Assembly: GCA_023205875.1 (NCBI GenBank)
Contig: CP060763.1
Coordinates: 186,001 to 250,000, forward strand
Reading direction: 5' to 3'
Length of the DNA: 64,000 nucleotides
Origin: Chloropicon primus
Taxonomy: Eukaryota
Made by a program: the position numbers and the translations under genes. This document shows, piece after piece, positions 40,488-48,683 of this stretch. How positions within the stretch are numbered: the first letter of the stretch is position 1; each line of letters opens with the position of its first letter. Under the pieces are notes generated by a model. The model did not search any database, was not told the origin of the DNA, and saw only the letters and a list, made by a program, of their open reading frames with translations.

Positions 40488-42800
40488 ATGACGTTGGGTG
40501 ACGGACAGAGTGGCGTGGCTGGGACGAGTGGGGAGCTGACCCAACTCCACCACGCGGAGCCTCTCGAGGACGACTGTCCTAAGCTGATGTCCCTCGCGGA
40601 GGCCATGTTCGTGACCTTTAACCCAGACAAGAAGACGGTGGACACGCACATTGACGAGTTCTTCAAGGAGCACCGCATAAATTCCAAGGACGTTCAGGGC
40701 TTCTTGTCCCAAATCTTTTACGGCAGCATCAGGTTCAGAAAGTTTGTGAACGTATTGGTGTCGTCCTTGTACCACACGCAGAGCGGCAACGTGCTGAGGA
40801 ACGACAGGAACATGTACCACATTTACGCTTACCTTGCCCTTCTGAGGCTGAGTGACCTCGGTTTCAACCATTTCAGGAGGCTTGTGCTCGTCAAGGACGC
40901 GCAGAAGATGCTTGTGTTCCTCAAGTACGTGTTCAACTCGAAGAACTTGGTGGACTTGTGCAAGGACGAGTGGATGAAGTTGTACGACGTAACGTTCGTC
41001 AAGGACGTGATCAGGGACTTGACTTACTTTCAAGAGCCTGCGGATGATCTGATCGAATTGCTGGAGGAGCGGGTGTTCATGAGCGCGCAGAAGAAGGAGG
41101 AGGAAGCGGCGGCGTGGTCCCTGGGAGGGGAGAAGAAGACCACCGTCCCAATGCCCTTCAAGCTGACCATGACCAAGCAGAAGGCCGCGCCCTACGAGGA
41201 GCCGACGTACGAGCCGATCAAGGCCAAGCCGGCTCCCAAGTTTCTCACGGGAAAGACTTCGATCGACGTTGCGATCGAGCGCGCCAAGGAGGAGAACAAG
41301 AGGAAGATGAAGAAGAAGTACGAGAACGCGCAGACTTTCGTGCCGAGCGTAGCGAGCCGGCCGAGCAACTTTGAGAAAGTGTGCAAGGAGGTGAGGGAGA
41401 GGGAAGAGAGCCTTTTGAATTTCAAGGGAGTGAAGCCGAGGCCTGTGCCCAAGGTGCCGGATGTGCAGGTGCAGCTCAATGTGGCGACCGTGCTGAGGGA
41501 GAACGCCCTGCACCAGAAGCGCATCGAGGAGGAGAAGAAGAAAGCAGAGAGCTACGAGCAGGAGCTGCGAGATGCATCCGAGTTCGAAGAGTGGCAGGCG
41601 CAGATGAAGCGTCTGGACGAGGAGAACAGGCGCAAGGAGATCGAGAGGAGGAGGAAGGAGATGGGCAAGATCGCGAAGAAGGCCATGGACGCCCAGAAGC
41701 TGCGGATAGAGACGAACAGGGAGGAGGCTCACGGCCTGAAGCAGCTTCTCCGGAGCTTAGGCGAGCAGCACAAGCAAGACATCGAGTCCATCGAGGTCAT
41801 GAACAAGGAGTCCAGGGCCAGGGTCATCAATGACCGGGGGAAGGTCGCCATGGTCCGGTCCAAGATGAAGCAGGAAAGGATGTCCAACGCATACTCGATC
41901 AAGTCCGAGCAGGCCCTGAACTTGGACAAGATCGCGGAGTACGGTAAGCAAGAGCTTGCACAGAAGAAGAAGTTGATCGAGAAGGTCAAGGTCCCCAGCA
42001 GCGTTCCCAGGGAGGTCAAGACGTTTGACCCCACCAAAACGGCTGAGCTGGGCTTGCTGGACGAGATGCCCCTGACCGAGCTCCACGAGAGGCTCAAGCT
42101 CGAGAGGGAGGCCGCCCAGGAGGAGGAGAGGAACCGCAGGGCCAAGATTCGGCTGATGAAAATGCAAAGGAGCGAGAAGCTGAGCTCCCTGCTGGCGGAG
42201 AACACGCAGTTCAGGAAGATCGCTTCCATCCAGGGCGCCGCACGGCGGACCCACAAGGTCGAGAAGGAGAAGCTCCAGATCAACAAGGAGCGGGAGAAGC
42301 TCGAGAAGAGCATGATGAAGACGTACTCGAGGCTCAAGGAGAAGCAGACCCAGAGGAACGAGGCCATCCAGGCCCTGAAGAAAGAGGAGCAGGAAATTCT
42401 GGCTCAGCAACAGTCTCAGGCCGCCACCAAGGGCGCCGTGGAGGAGAAGAAGTTCAGGGAACTGACGATGGGGGCGGAGAGGGAGATCAAGCTGAAGCAG
42501 GTGGAGAAGAAGAAGGAGGCCCTGATCTACGAGGCGACCAAGGTCAAAGAGAACAGGATCAAGATGGCCCACGTCCAGAGAGAGAAGCACCGGAAGAAGG
42601 AGGCCCTGGACGCGTACGACGCCTACGTGAAGACGCTGGCCGAGCTGAGGACGGCGGAGATCGCCAAGGAGACCAAAATGAAGCGGATGAAGGCGAGCAC
42701 GATCCGGAACCACGAGAAGGAGCTCAGGTCCCAACTCTCGTCGCGATCCACTCTCTTCTCGCGGCAGACGCTCAACTCCAGGGAGAGCGGGGCGAGCTGA
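40488..42800 (+). CDS. CFAP99: CFAP99-like cilia/flagella-associated protein
   Basis: QIFYG..RF...LY...R.DR..Y.IY.YLAL.RL..LGF..FR.LV, TTVPMPFKLT, ELRD.SEF.EWQ and GLLDEMPL.EL.ERL motifs, recalled from CFAP99. Confidence 0.75.
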   Translation: MTLGDGQSGVAGTSGELTQLHHAEPLEDDCPKLMSLAEAMFVTFNPDKKTVDTHIDEFFKEHRINSKDVQGFLSQIFYGSIRFRKFVNVLVSSLYHTQSGNVLRNDRNMYHIYAYLALLRLSDLGFNHFRRLVLVKDAQKMLVFLKYVFNSKNLVDLCKDEWMKLYDVTFVKDVIRDLTYFQEPADDLIELLEERVFMSAQKKEEEAAAWSLGGEKKTTVPMPFKLTMTKQKAAPYEEPTYEPIKAKPAPKFLTGKTSIDVAIERAKEENKRKMKKKYENAQTFVPSVASRPSNFEKVCKEVREREESLLNFKGVKPRPVPKVPDVQVQLNVATVLRENALHQKRIEEEKKKAESYEQELRDASEFEEWQAQMKRLDEENRRKEIERRRKEMGKIAKKAMDAQKLRIETNREEAHGLKQLLRSLGEQHKQDIESIEVMNKESRARVINDRGKVAMVRSKMKQERMSNAYSIKSEQALNLDKIAEYGKQELAQKKKLIEKVKVPSSVPREVKTFDPTKTAELGLLDEMPLTELHERLKLEREAAQEEERNRRAKIRLMKMQRSEKLSSLLAENTQFRKIASIQGAARRTHKVEKEKLQINKEREKLEKSMMKTYSRLKEKQTQRNEAIQALKKEEQEILAQQQSQAATKGAVEEKKFRELTMGAEREIKLKQVEKKKEALIYEATKVKENRIKMAHVQREKHRKKEALDAYDAYVKTLAELRTAEIAKETKMKRMKASTIRNHEKELRSQLSSRSTLFSRQTLNSRESGAS

Positions 42801-42935
42801 AGGGAGAAAGCAACGCCGCCAACAACCCACAACACCCACCAAGGTGTGGTGGTATAACAACAACAACAACAACAAGAAAAAAAGGAGTTTGAAAAAAAAA
42901 TATGATCCTTTCTGTCATCGCTGGGCGCTCCCTCG

Positions 42936-43345
42936 TCACAAGAGCTCGTCCTCGCTCACAGGGATCCACTTTGTGGCGACGCACGGGAACGAAAAGGGAA
43001 AGAGGAAGATTCAGTTCTCTCACTCCCGGTCTCAGCTCGGTCCTCATGTCTCACCTCGTGGAGCTCGAAATCGACGAGTCCCCGCGCAATCATGGGATCC
43101 CCCAGAACCAAGTCCCTGGCCTCACCGTACGAGTTCGCTTGAAACAAGAGCACCCCCCCTCCTCCCGGCTTCCCTTCCCCGTCGACGAGGTAACCACTCT
43201 TGACTTTCATCCCCTTGTCATCCTTCAAGCCCTGCACCCACCGCTTGTGCTCCTGGATGACCTCCTTCCTGTAAGAGAGCGGCTCCGATGACGCAATCTT
43301 CGTGAACCTCTCCGTCTTCATAAAGTACCTCATGGTTACCCTCAT
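42936..43345 (-). CDS. YciI-family protein (cyanobacterial type), spliced
   Basis: EHKRWV...SGYLVDGEGKPGGGGVLLFQA.SY.EA...V..DPMI..GLVD..LHE|WIPV; intron 43054-42969; 5' end uncertain. Confidence 0.82.
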
Positions 43346-43444
43346 GGCAGCCCAACCCCAAACCTGTAACGCACGAGCACGAGCACGAGACAACAAAACT
43401 TCCTTCCCTCAGCCAAGCCTCGGTCCCATACGTTATGAATTGAA

Positions 43445-43548
43445 ACCCTCCTCTCAAACCGCCCCTTCAAGGTGAAGCTGGACTTCCGCTTGCTCAAGGT
43501 CTCCAGCACATCCTCCTCGCCGCGTAACTCGTCCCCGCTCGCCCCGTT
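43445..43548. repeat. ~104-bp inverted copy of coding sequence 44079-44182
   Basis: Reverse complement matches with about 4 mismatches. Confidence 0.93.
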
Positions 43549-43832
43549 ACCTCCTTCCCCCCTCCGCTCCTCCTGTCGTGACCCTCTGTCTCATGGTGGG
43601 AGACCAAGGGACAGACGAGCAGGGAGAGCGGAGGAGGCGAACGGAAAGCGAAAGCGAAAGCAACGGTCGAGGAGGGAACGAAGAGAAGGGGTCGGAGGTC
43701 CGTGACGTCCTCACAAGTCGAAGCTCCTCGTCGAGACCTTGCATTGGGTCCCGTCGTTGAGCCATTTCAAGCGGCAGGAAAGGATTTTCGTGAGGAGGGG
43801 ACAAACAGAACTTTGTGGGCATTCTCACCTCC

Positions 43833-44777
43833 ATGGCGCCATTTGACGGGAGCGTGGCGTCGTGCGGTTACTTGGAGGCACGGGAAGGGTCGCGAGTGTC
43901 GGAGTGCGAGTCCCACGCCCTGATGCCTGAGGCGTCCGAGGCCTCGGAGGGCTCATGGTTTGCCGTTACCCAGTCGAGGTCACCGCAAGCGACGGGGGGG
44001 AGGAGGTACGTGAGCTTGTGTCGGGAGGTTCCAGTGCGAGCAGAGGGGCTCTTCGAGGGGACGACGTTCTTGTACGTGAACGGGGCGAGCGAGGACGAGT
44101 TACGCGGCGAGGAGGACGTGCTGGAGACCTTGAGCAAGCGGAAGTCCAGCTTCACCTTGAAGGGGCGGTTCAAGAGGAGGGTGAAGTTCTCGGACCTCCT
44201 GATCGGGCACGAGTTCAACGACGGGGTCCTGAACCCGCCGAACTGGCAGAGGAAGCTCATACTTGGGTTCCTGAATCGATTCTTCCCGCACCTGGACGTC
44301 AAGCTCGGGAGGACGGCCTCGGCCCTGGCCCCAGTCGTCCTCGAGTGCAAGAGGCTGAAGGTCTCCGGGGCGTCCGGCGGGGGCGAGCTCAACAAGTGCG
44401 ACGTGGTGGAGGACACGGCGCTTCTGGGGGACTATTTCGCGGAGAAGCCTCGATCGCCCGCGGAGCGGCTGAGGTACTTCAGGCGGGCGGAGAACCTCGA
44501 GGGCCACTGGTTCGAGCCGGGACTCGAGTACACGTTCGAATTCTACCAGAACAACTTGTCCTTCGTGGACTACAAGCTCCGGTTCGGGCTGCTCTCCATT
44601 GGGATCGGAAAGATCGTCAAGGGTAACCCGGTCCAGTTCCTCATCAAGGACGCGCAGACGAAGGACTACCTTTGCTACTTTCAGTTCTGGAGCGAGCGCC
44701 TCCTCCGGTTCCGACAGAGCGCCAGCGTGAAGCAGCACGCTGCGGCAGAAACAGCGGAGCCCGACAAGCCTGTGTAG
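43833..44777 (+). CDS. DUF1769-like protein
   Basis: KRK.SF.L.GRFK......L.IG.EF, EDT.LLG, R.RYF and YTFEFYQ..L.F..YKL pattern. Confidence 0.7.
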   Translation: MAPFDGSVASCGYLEAREGSRVSECESHALMPEASEASEGSWFAVTQSRSPQATGGRRYVSLCREVPVRAEGLFEGTTFLYVNGASEDELRGEEDVLETLSKRKSSFTLKGRFKRRVKFSDLLIGHEFNDGVLNPPNWQRKLILGFLNRFFPHLDVKLGRTASALAPVVLECKRLKVSGASGGGELNKCDVVEDTALLGDYFAEKPRSPAERLRYFRRAENLEGHWFEPGLEYTFEFYQNNLSFVDYKLRFGLLSIGIGKIVKGNPVQFLIKDAQTKDYLCYFQFWSERLLRFRQSASVKQHAAAETAEPDKPV

Positions 44778-45399
44778 CAGAGGAACTCCCGCAACAAAAG
44801 TGTATAAACGACGTGATGTACCAATGAACGATGAGTAAATTAATTATTGTTGCAAAGTTTTGTGTGTGAGTCGAGGCTGTCCATACATCTTTTTGTTTTT
44901 TTTGTCCACGGTCCCTTTCTCCTCCCCAAGCGTTTACCCCCCTTCCCTCTTCGAGAAGTCCGCCCCCTCTTCCCAGAGCACGCTCCCCTTATTACTCCAT
45001 CAAGGGAGGAGTCCTGTTATACGAACCACCACCATTGACAAGGACGCGAAGGCCAACCTCATCCTTGGCCGGCAATCCAGCATCCAGCACAGTGTGGCTG
45101 CCTCCGTGGCTCCGTCCCCTTTTCCCATAAGTATAGTCCTACATTAGAGACTATTGCCTTGTCTCGCCACGTGGCCTTATTCCCCTCTTCTCCAATTTCT
45201 GTCCCTTTCCTCTTTCCTTCACCTCTGACCCTAACCCATCCATTCCTAGGTCAGCGCTGCGGTCTCTCTCTGTAGTACCTCACCTCACTTCACCTTGACC
45301 TCACCCCTTGCGTTGCTCAAGGTGACCAGTATCTTTTATCTTTGACCTTTGCCACTCTTACCACCCTTGCCTGCTTGCTTCCATCCAGTCAACGCCGCC

Positions 45400-46302
45400 A
45401 TGACACCGGAGATGAACGACCAGCTTTGCGCCTTGCCCGGTTGCGGCAAGACGGTCAAAAAAGCATTAAGGTGTTCGAAATGCAAAGTGGTGTACTACTG
45501 TGGCAGGGATTGCCAAGTGAAGCATTGGAGCAACGGGCACAGCAAGGAGTGCGGCAAGACTGCGCCACCGAAGAAGCCTACGCCAAAGTACAAGTCCTTG
45601 AAGGAGATTCCTCATGAGACTGTGGGGGACAAGCTTAACCTTTGTCGTGAGGAAGCTACCTGTTGGCTCATGCGTAACTTGGACAAGATTGGATTGGATT
45701 ACGAGTCCGAGGAAAGGGCCAAGGAGCAGAACGTCGTCATGGTGGACTTGAGGTGCGAGGATCCTCTTGACATGAAGCAGTTGAAGGTGGAGAACTTGAG
45801 GAACGAGTGGACTTGGAAGAGCAAGGACGACATCTTGACAGTCATGTTGGAGTGGGGCTTCCCGGAGGATTGGGCCAAGCCCGAGGCGGAGGGAGTGGTC
45901 TCTGTCGTGAACAAGATCGAGAAGGAAGGACTCGGTTCCGCGTTCCCTGTGCCTGTTCCTGGGTTCCTCATCTTCGTGGCTTGCGGTGACTACACCAAGG
46001 AGGGCGAGGAGACCCCAGCGGACAGGAAGCTTCCCAACGCCCACACCACTTTCATGATTGACTGGCGAGGACTCGTTGGCATGCGCTGGGCGAGGAAGAT
46101 TAAGCTCGGCATCCACAAGAAGGATAGGTCAGAACACGAAGCTGTGAACGACATGGAGGGCCAGCTGTCAAAGGCCTTTGGAAACAAGGTCCCACAGTTC
46201 ATGACCGCCGGAAGTCAGTTTGGCGTCCAGATGGACGACAACCTGCTCGCCGCCCAGCTCTGCATGTCCAAGGAGTACCAGAAGAAGCTGGCGAAGGTCT
46301 AG
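45400..46302 (+). CDS. MYND zinc-finger protein
   Basis: CALPGC...CSKCKVVYYCGRDCQVKHWSNGHSKEC. Confidence 0.9.
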   Translation: MTPEMNDQLCALPGCGKTVKKALRCSKCKVVYYCGRDCQVKHWSNGHSKECGKTAPPKKPTPKYKSLKEIPHETVGDKLNLCREEATCWLMRNLDKIGLDYESEERAKEQNVVMVDLRCEDPLDMKQLKVENLRNEWTWKSKDDILTVMLEWGFPEDWAKPEAEGVVSVVNKIEKEGLGSAFPVPVPGFLIFVACGDYTKEGEETPADRKLPNAHTTFMIDWRGLVGMRWARKIKLGIHKKDRSEHEAVNDMEGQLSKAFGNKVPQFMTAGSQFGVQMDDNLLAAQLCMSKEYQKKLAKV

Positions 46303-46466
46303 TGAGTGAGTCCTATGACTCTTTCTAAACTTTTCTTAAAACAATTTAATTCTCGTTGAAAACAAAATATATACACTTTTTATTAATAGATTCTTCTCCC
46401 CGCCTCGTCCCCCCGGGTTGCTCGTCCCCGGGTTGCCCGTCCCCCTTCCCCTCGTGTGCGCGCGCG

Positions 46467-48089
46467 CTACTCCGTCAGACCGAAGTGCACTTGGTCCTCG
46501 CCCACGCAAGCCTCGTGCTCGTCGGGAAGGCACAACCGGATGATCCCCAAGCCATCCAGTATTCTCAGGACGCTGAACTCCACGTCGTTCGCATGAGGAT
46601 CCAAGGGCTCGATCCTGTCGTAGTAGTGGTACTTGCCCGCCTCCTGCAGCTTGCTGGGCTCCTCGAAGCCGTACACGGTGATCTTCTCGCAAATTTGCAT
46701 CAGCAGCGCGATCCCAACAAAGCCGTGGGGTGTGGACTGAGGCACCTCCCCGCTCATGCCTTTCTCGGCCAACCTCTCCATGACCTGCTTGAAGAACTTG
46801 AGGAGGGGAAGGAGAAACTGCGGAGAGATCATGTAGATTCTCTCCCCCGGAAGCAACTTCCTGAGCACGGCGTAGTGCTGGTAGGACTCCGCCCTCCACA
46901 TCAGCGTGATCACGTCCGATGGACGCCTCGCTTTCTTCCCAGGGGGCGGAGGAGGTGCCCCAGCCCTCCTCTGCTGCCTGGCGACGAGGGTGTCCGCATA
47001 ATCCCGGTTCAGCAGCCGAATTGTGGTCCTCCTTCCCACGTTCTCCTCGTAGCCCCTGACCGGCGCGTCGTTGAACCTCATCACCAGCTCGTGCGCATCG
47101 ATTGCGCTCCCCGCTTTCAAGTCGAGAAGTTTTCCGGAATTGCCCACGGCGACGCAGGTCTTGTACTTGTCCTGCAGGACCTCCTGGAACGTGTCGTTGT
47201 ACGGAAGCTCGTTCGTAAATCTCGTTCTGCCGAACTTCCACTCCTCCTCCAGGCCGCTCGTCCACTTCCTGATCCACTTCCAAGACTCATCGAACTTCTT
47301 CCCAGAGTTGTACACCGTCAGAGCTGGCCATCGGCTCGCCCGAAAGACGAGGCCGTTCGTCAACTCGTCCGCAAGGCTCCTGGCAAGGTCGTCCGTGCAG
47401 TTGCGACCAGCCCACGCCATGAAGCACTTGCACTTCTCTGGCGCCACGCAGTACCCGTGGACGCACCCGGTGAGATCGCAATAAGCCATCTTGCAGTCCT
47501 CGCCCCTCCAGCCCTGCCTGCAGACGCAAGCCTGCTTCCTCTGGCTGAACACGCCGTGGTGGCACTGCCTATCGCACTGCCAGCCGTACCACCCCGCCTC
47601 GCATTTGCAGAAGTTCGGGTAGCGGCAATTGCCGTGGACACAGCGCTTCTTGCACGTTGGCTCACCGCACTGCTTGCCCCTCCAGCCCTCCTCGCACGCG
47701 CAGTACCCCGGACGAAGGCACTTCCCGTGCCCGCAACCGGATGGGCAAAGCGCCTGGTTGCAGTCCTTCCCGCCATAACCCTCCATACAGGTGCAATCAT
47801 CCTCCCCCTCGTCGCCCGATCCCATCATGCACACCTTCCGATCCACTTGATACTCCGTGCCTTGATCCCTCCCTCCCCAAGCTTGTGCTGGCGAACTTGT
47901 CCTGGCCAACCCAGAGCCAGCAGCCTCCGCGTCATCGCCACCGGGAGCGTCCCTCTGGTTAAACACGATGTTCACGCTCAGCATCACGAGTGCCAGAGCC
48001 CACACCGTCATCACCACCGGATACCTCGCCCTCCAGAGACGCCTGAGGACCATGGCGCCCATGCTATGGTCGTCGTCGTCGAGTTCCAC
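46467..48089 (-). CDS. GT29 sialyltransferase-like type II membrane protein with EGF-like stem repeats
   Basis: N-terminal TM; several C.C..GW.G..C repeats; sialylmotif L CVAVGNSG...IDAHELVMRFNDAP...VGRRTT, S motif with C..ITVYGF, HYYD and the HxxxxE VS motif. Confidence 0.92.
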   Translation of the reverse strand: MELDDDDHSMGAMVLRRLWRARYPVVMTVWALALVMLSVNIVFNQRDAPGGDDAEAAGSGLARTSSPAQAWGGRDQGTEYQVDRKVCMMGSGDEGEDDCTCMEGYGGKDCNQALCPSGCGHGKCLRPGYCACEEGWRGKQCGEPTCKKRCVHGNCRYPNFCKCEAGWYGWQCDRQCHHGVFSQRKQACVCRQGWRGEDCKMAYCDLTGCVHGYCVAPEKCKCFMAWAGRNCTDDLARSLADELTNGLVFRASRWPALTVYNSGKKFDESWKWIRKWTSGLEEEWKFGRTRFTNELPYNDTFQEVLQDKYKTCVAVGNSGKLLDLKAGSAIDAHELVMRFNDAPVRGYEENVGRRTTIRLLNRDYADTLVARQQRRAGAPPPPPGKKARRPSDVITLMWRAESYQHYAVLRKLLPGERIYMISPQFLLPLLKFFKQVMERLAEKGMSGEVPQSTPHGFVGIALLMQICEKITVYGFEEPSKLQEAGKYHYYDRIEPLDPHANDVEFSVLRILDGLGIIRLCLPDEHEACVGEDQVHFGLTE

Positions 48090-48480
48090 AACCCACCTTC
48101 ACCTCAGCAGAACCATTACCATCAGAAGCAACAGAAGCAGCACGATGTCTTGTAACGCATGAATCGGGAGTTACCAACATTCGCCTGGCACCTGGATGCC
48201 ACGTCCCTCGACACTCGCGAGCGCTGAGCTTGACATATTCCTCGATCACTTCACTTCATCCCCTGGCCTTCGATGGAATCCACGACAAACGTTTCAGTTC
48301 TTCCTCGATTCTTGGTCATTCCTTTCGAGGTCGGTGTCTACGGAAAGCTGACGAGGCGTGTGTTCGCGTGATTCCTTTTTCGTCGTCGTCCCTCGTTCCC
48401 CGTTTCGTCCCCAGTCCCTCCTCCGTCTCCCTCTCCCTCTCGTCCCTCCGGAGGGCGCAGCAGGGACAGACGACAGAGCA

Positions 48481-48519
48481 GAGCGAGCGAAGGGAGCGAG
48501 CGAAGGGAGCGAGCGAAGG
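48481..48519. repeat. 13-bp tandem repeat x3 (gagcgagcgaagg)
   Basis: Directly visible in a divergent intergenic region. Confidence 0.85.
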
Positions 48520-48683
48520 GAGGGGAGGGAGAGGGAGGAGAGCGGGAGGGAGGGAGCAGGGGGAAGATTCGTGTCGCGAGCTTTCGAATGAGCACTCGCA
48601 CGAAAGAATCGGTCCAGTGAGGAGGATTTTATTTTCATTCAAGGAGGGCAAACACCTCGAGAGAGGAGGAGAGAGGAGGAAGC

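Noticed and set aside
46356..48155. 599-aa plus ORF and similar long antisense ORFs (27162-28361, 40452-41732, 48639-50222, 53736-55025)
   Set aside because: Each overlaps a well-supported gene on the other strand and has typical shadow composition.
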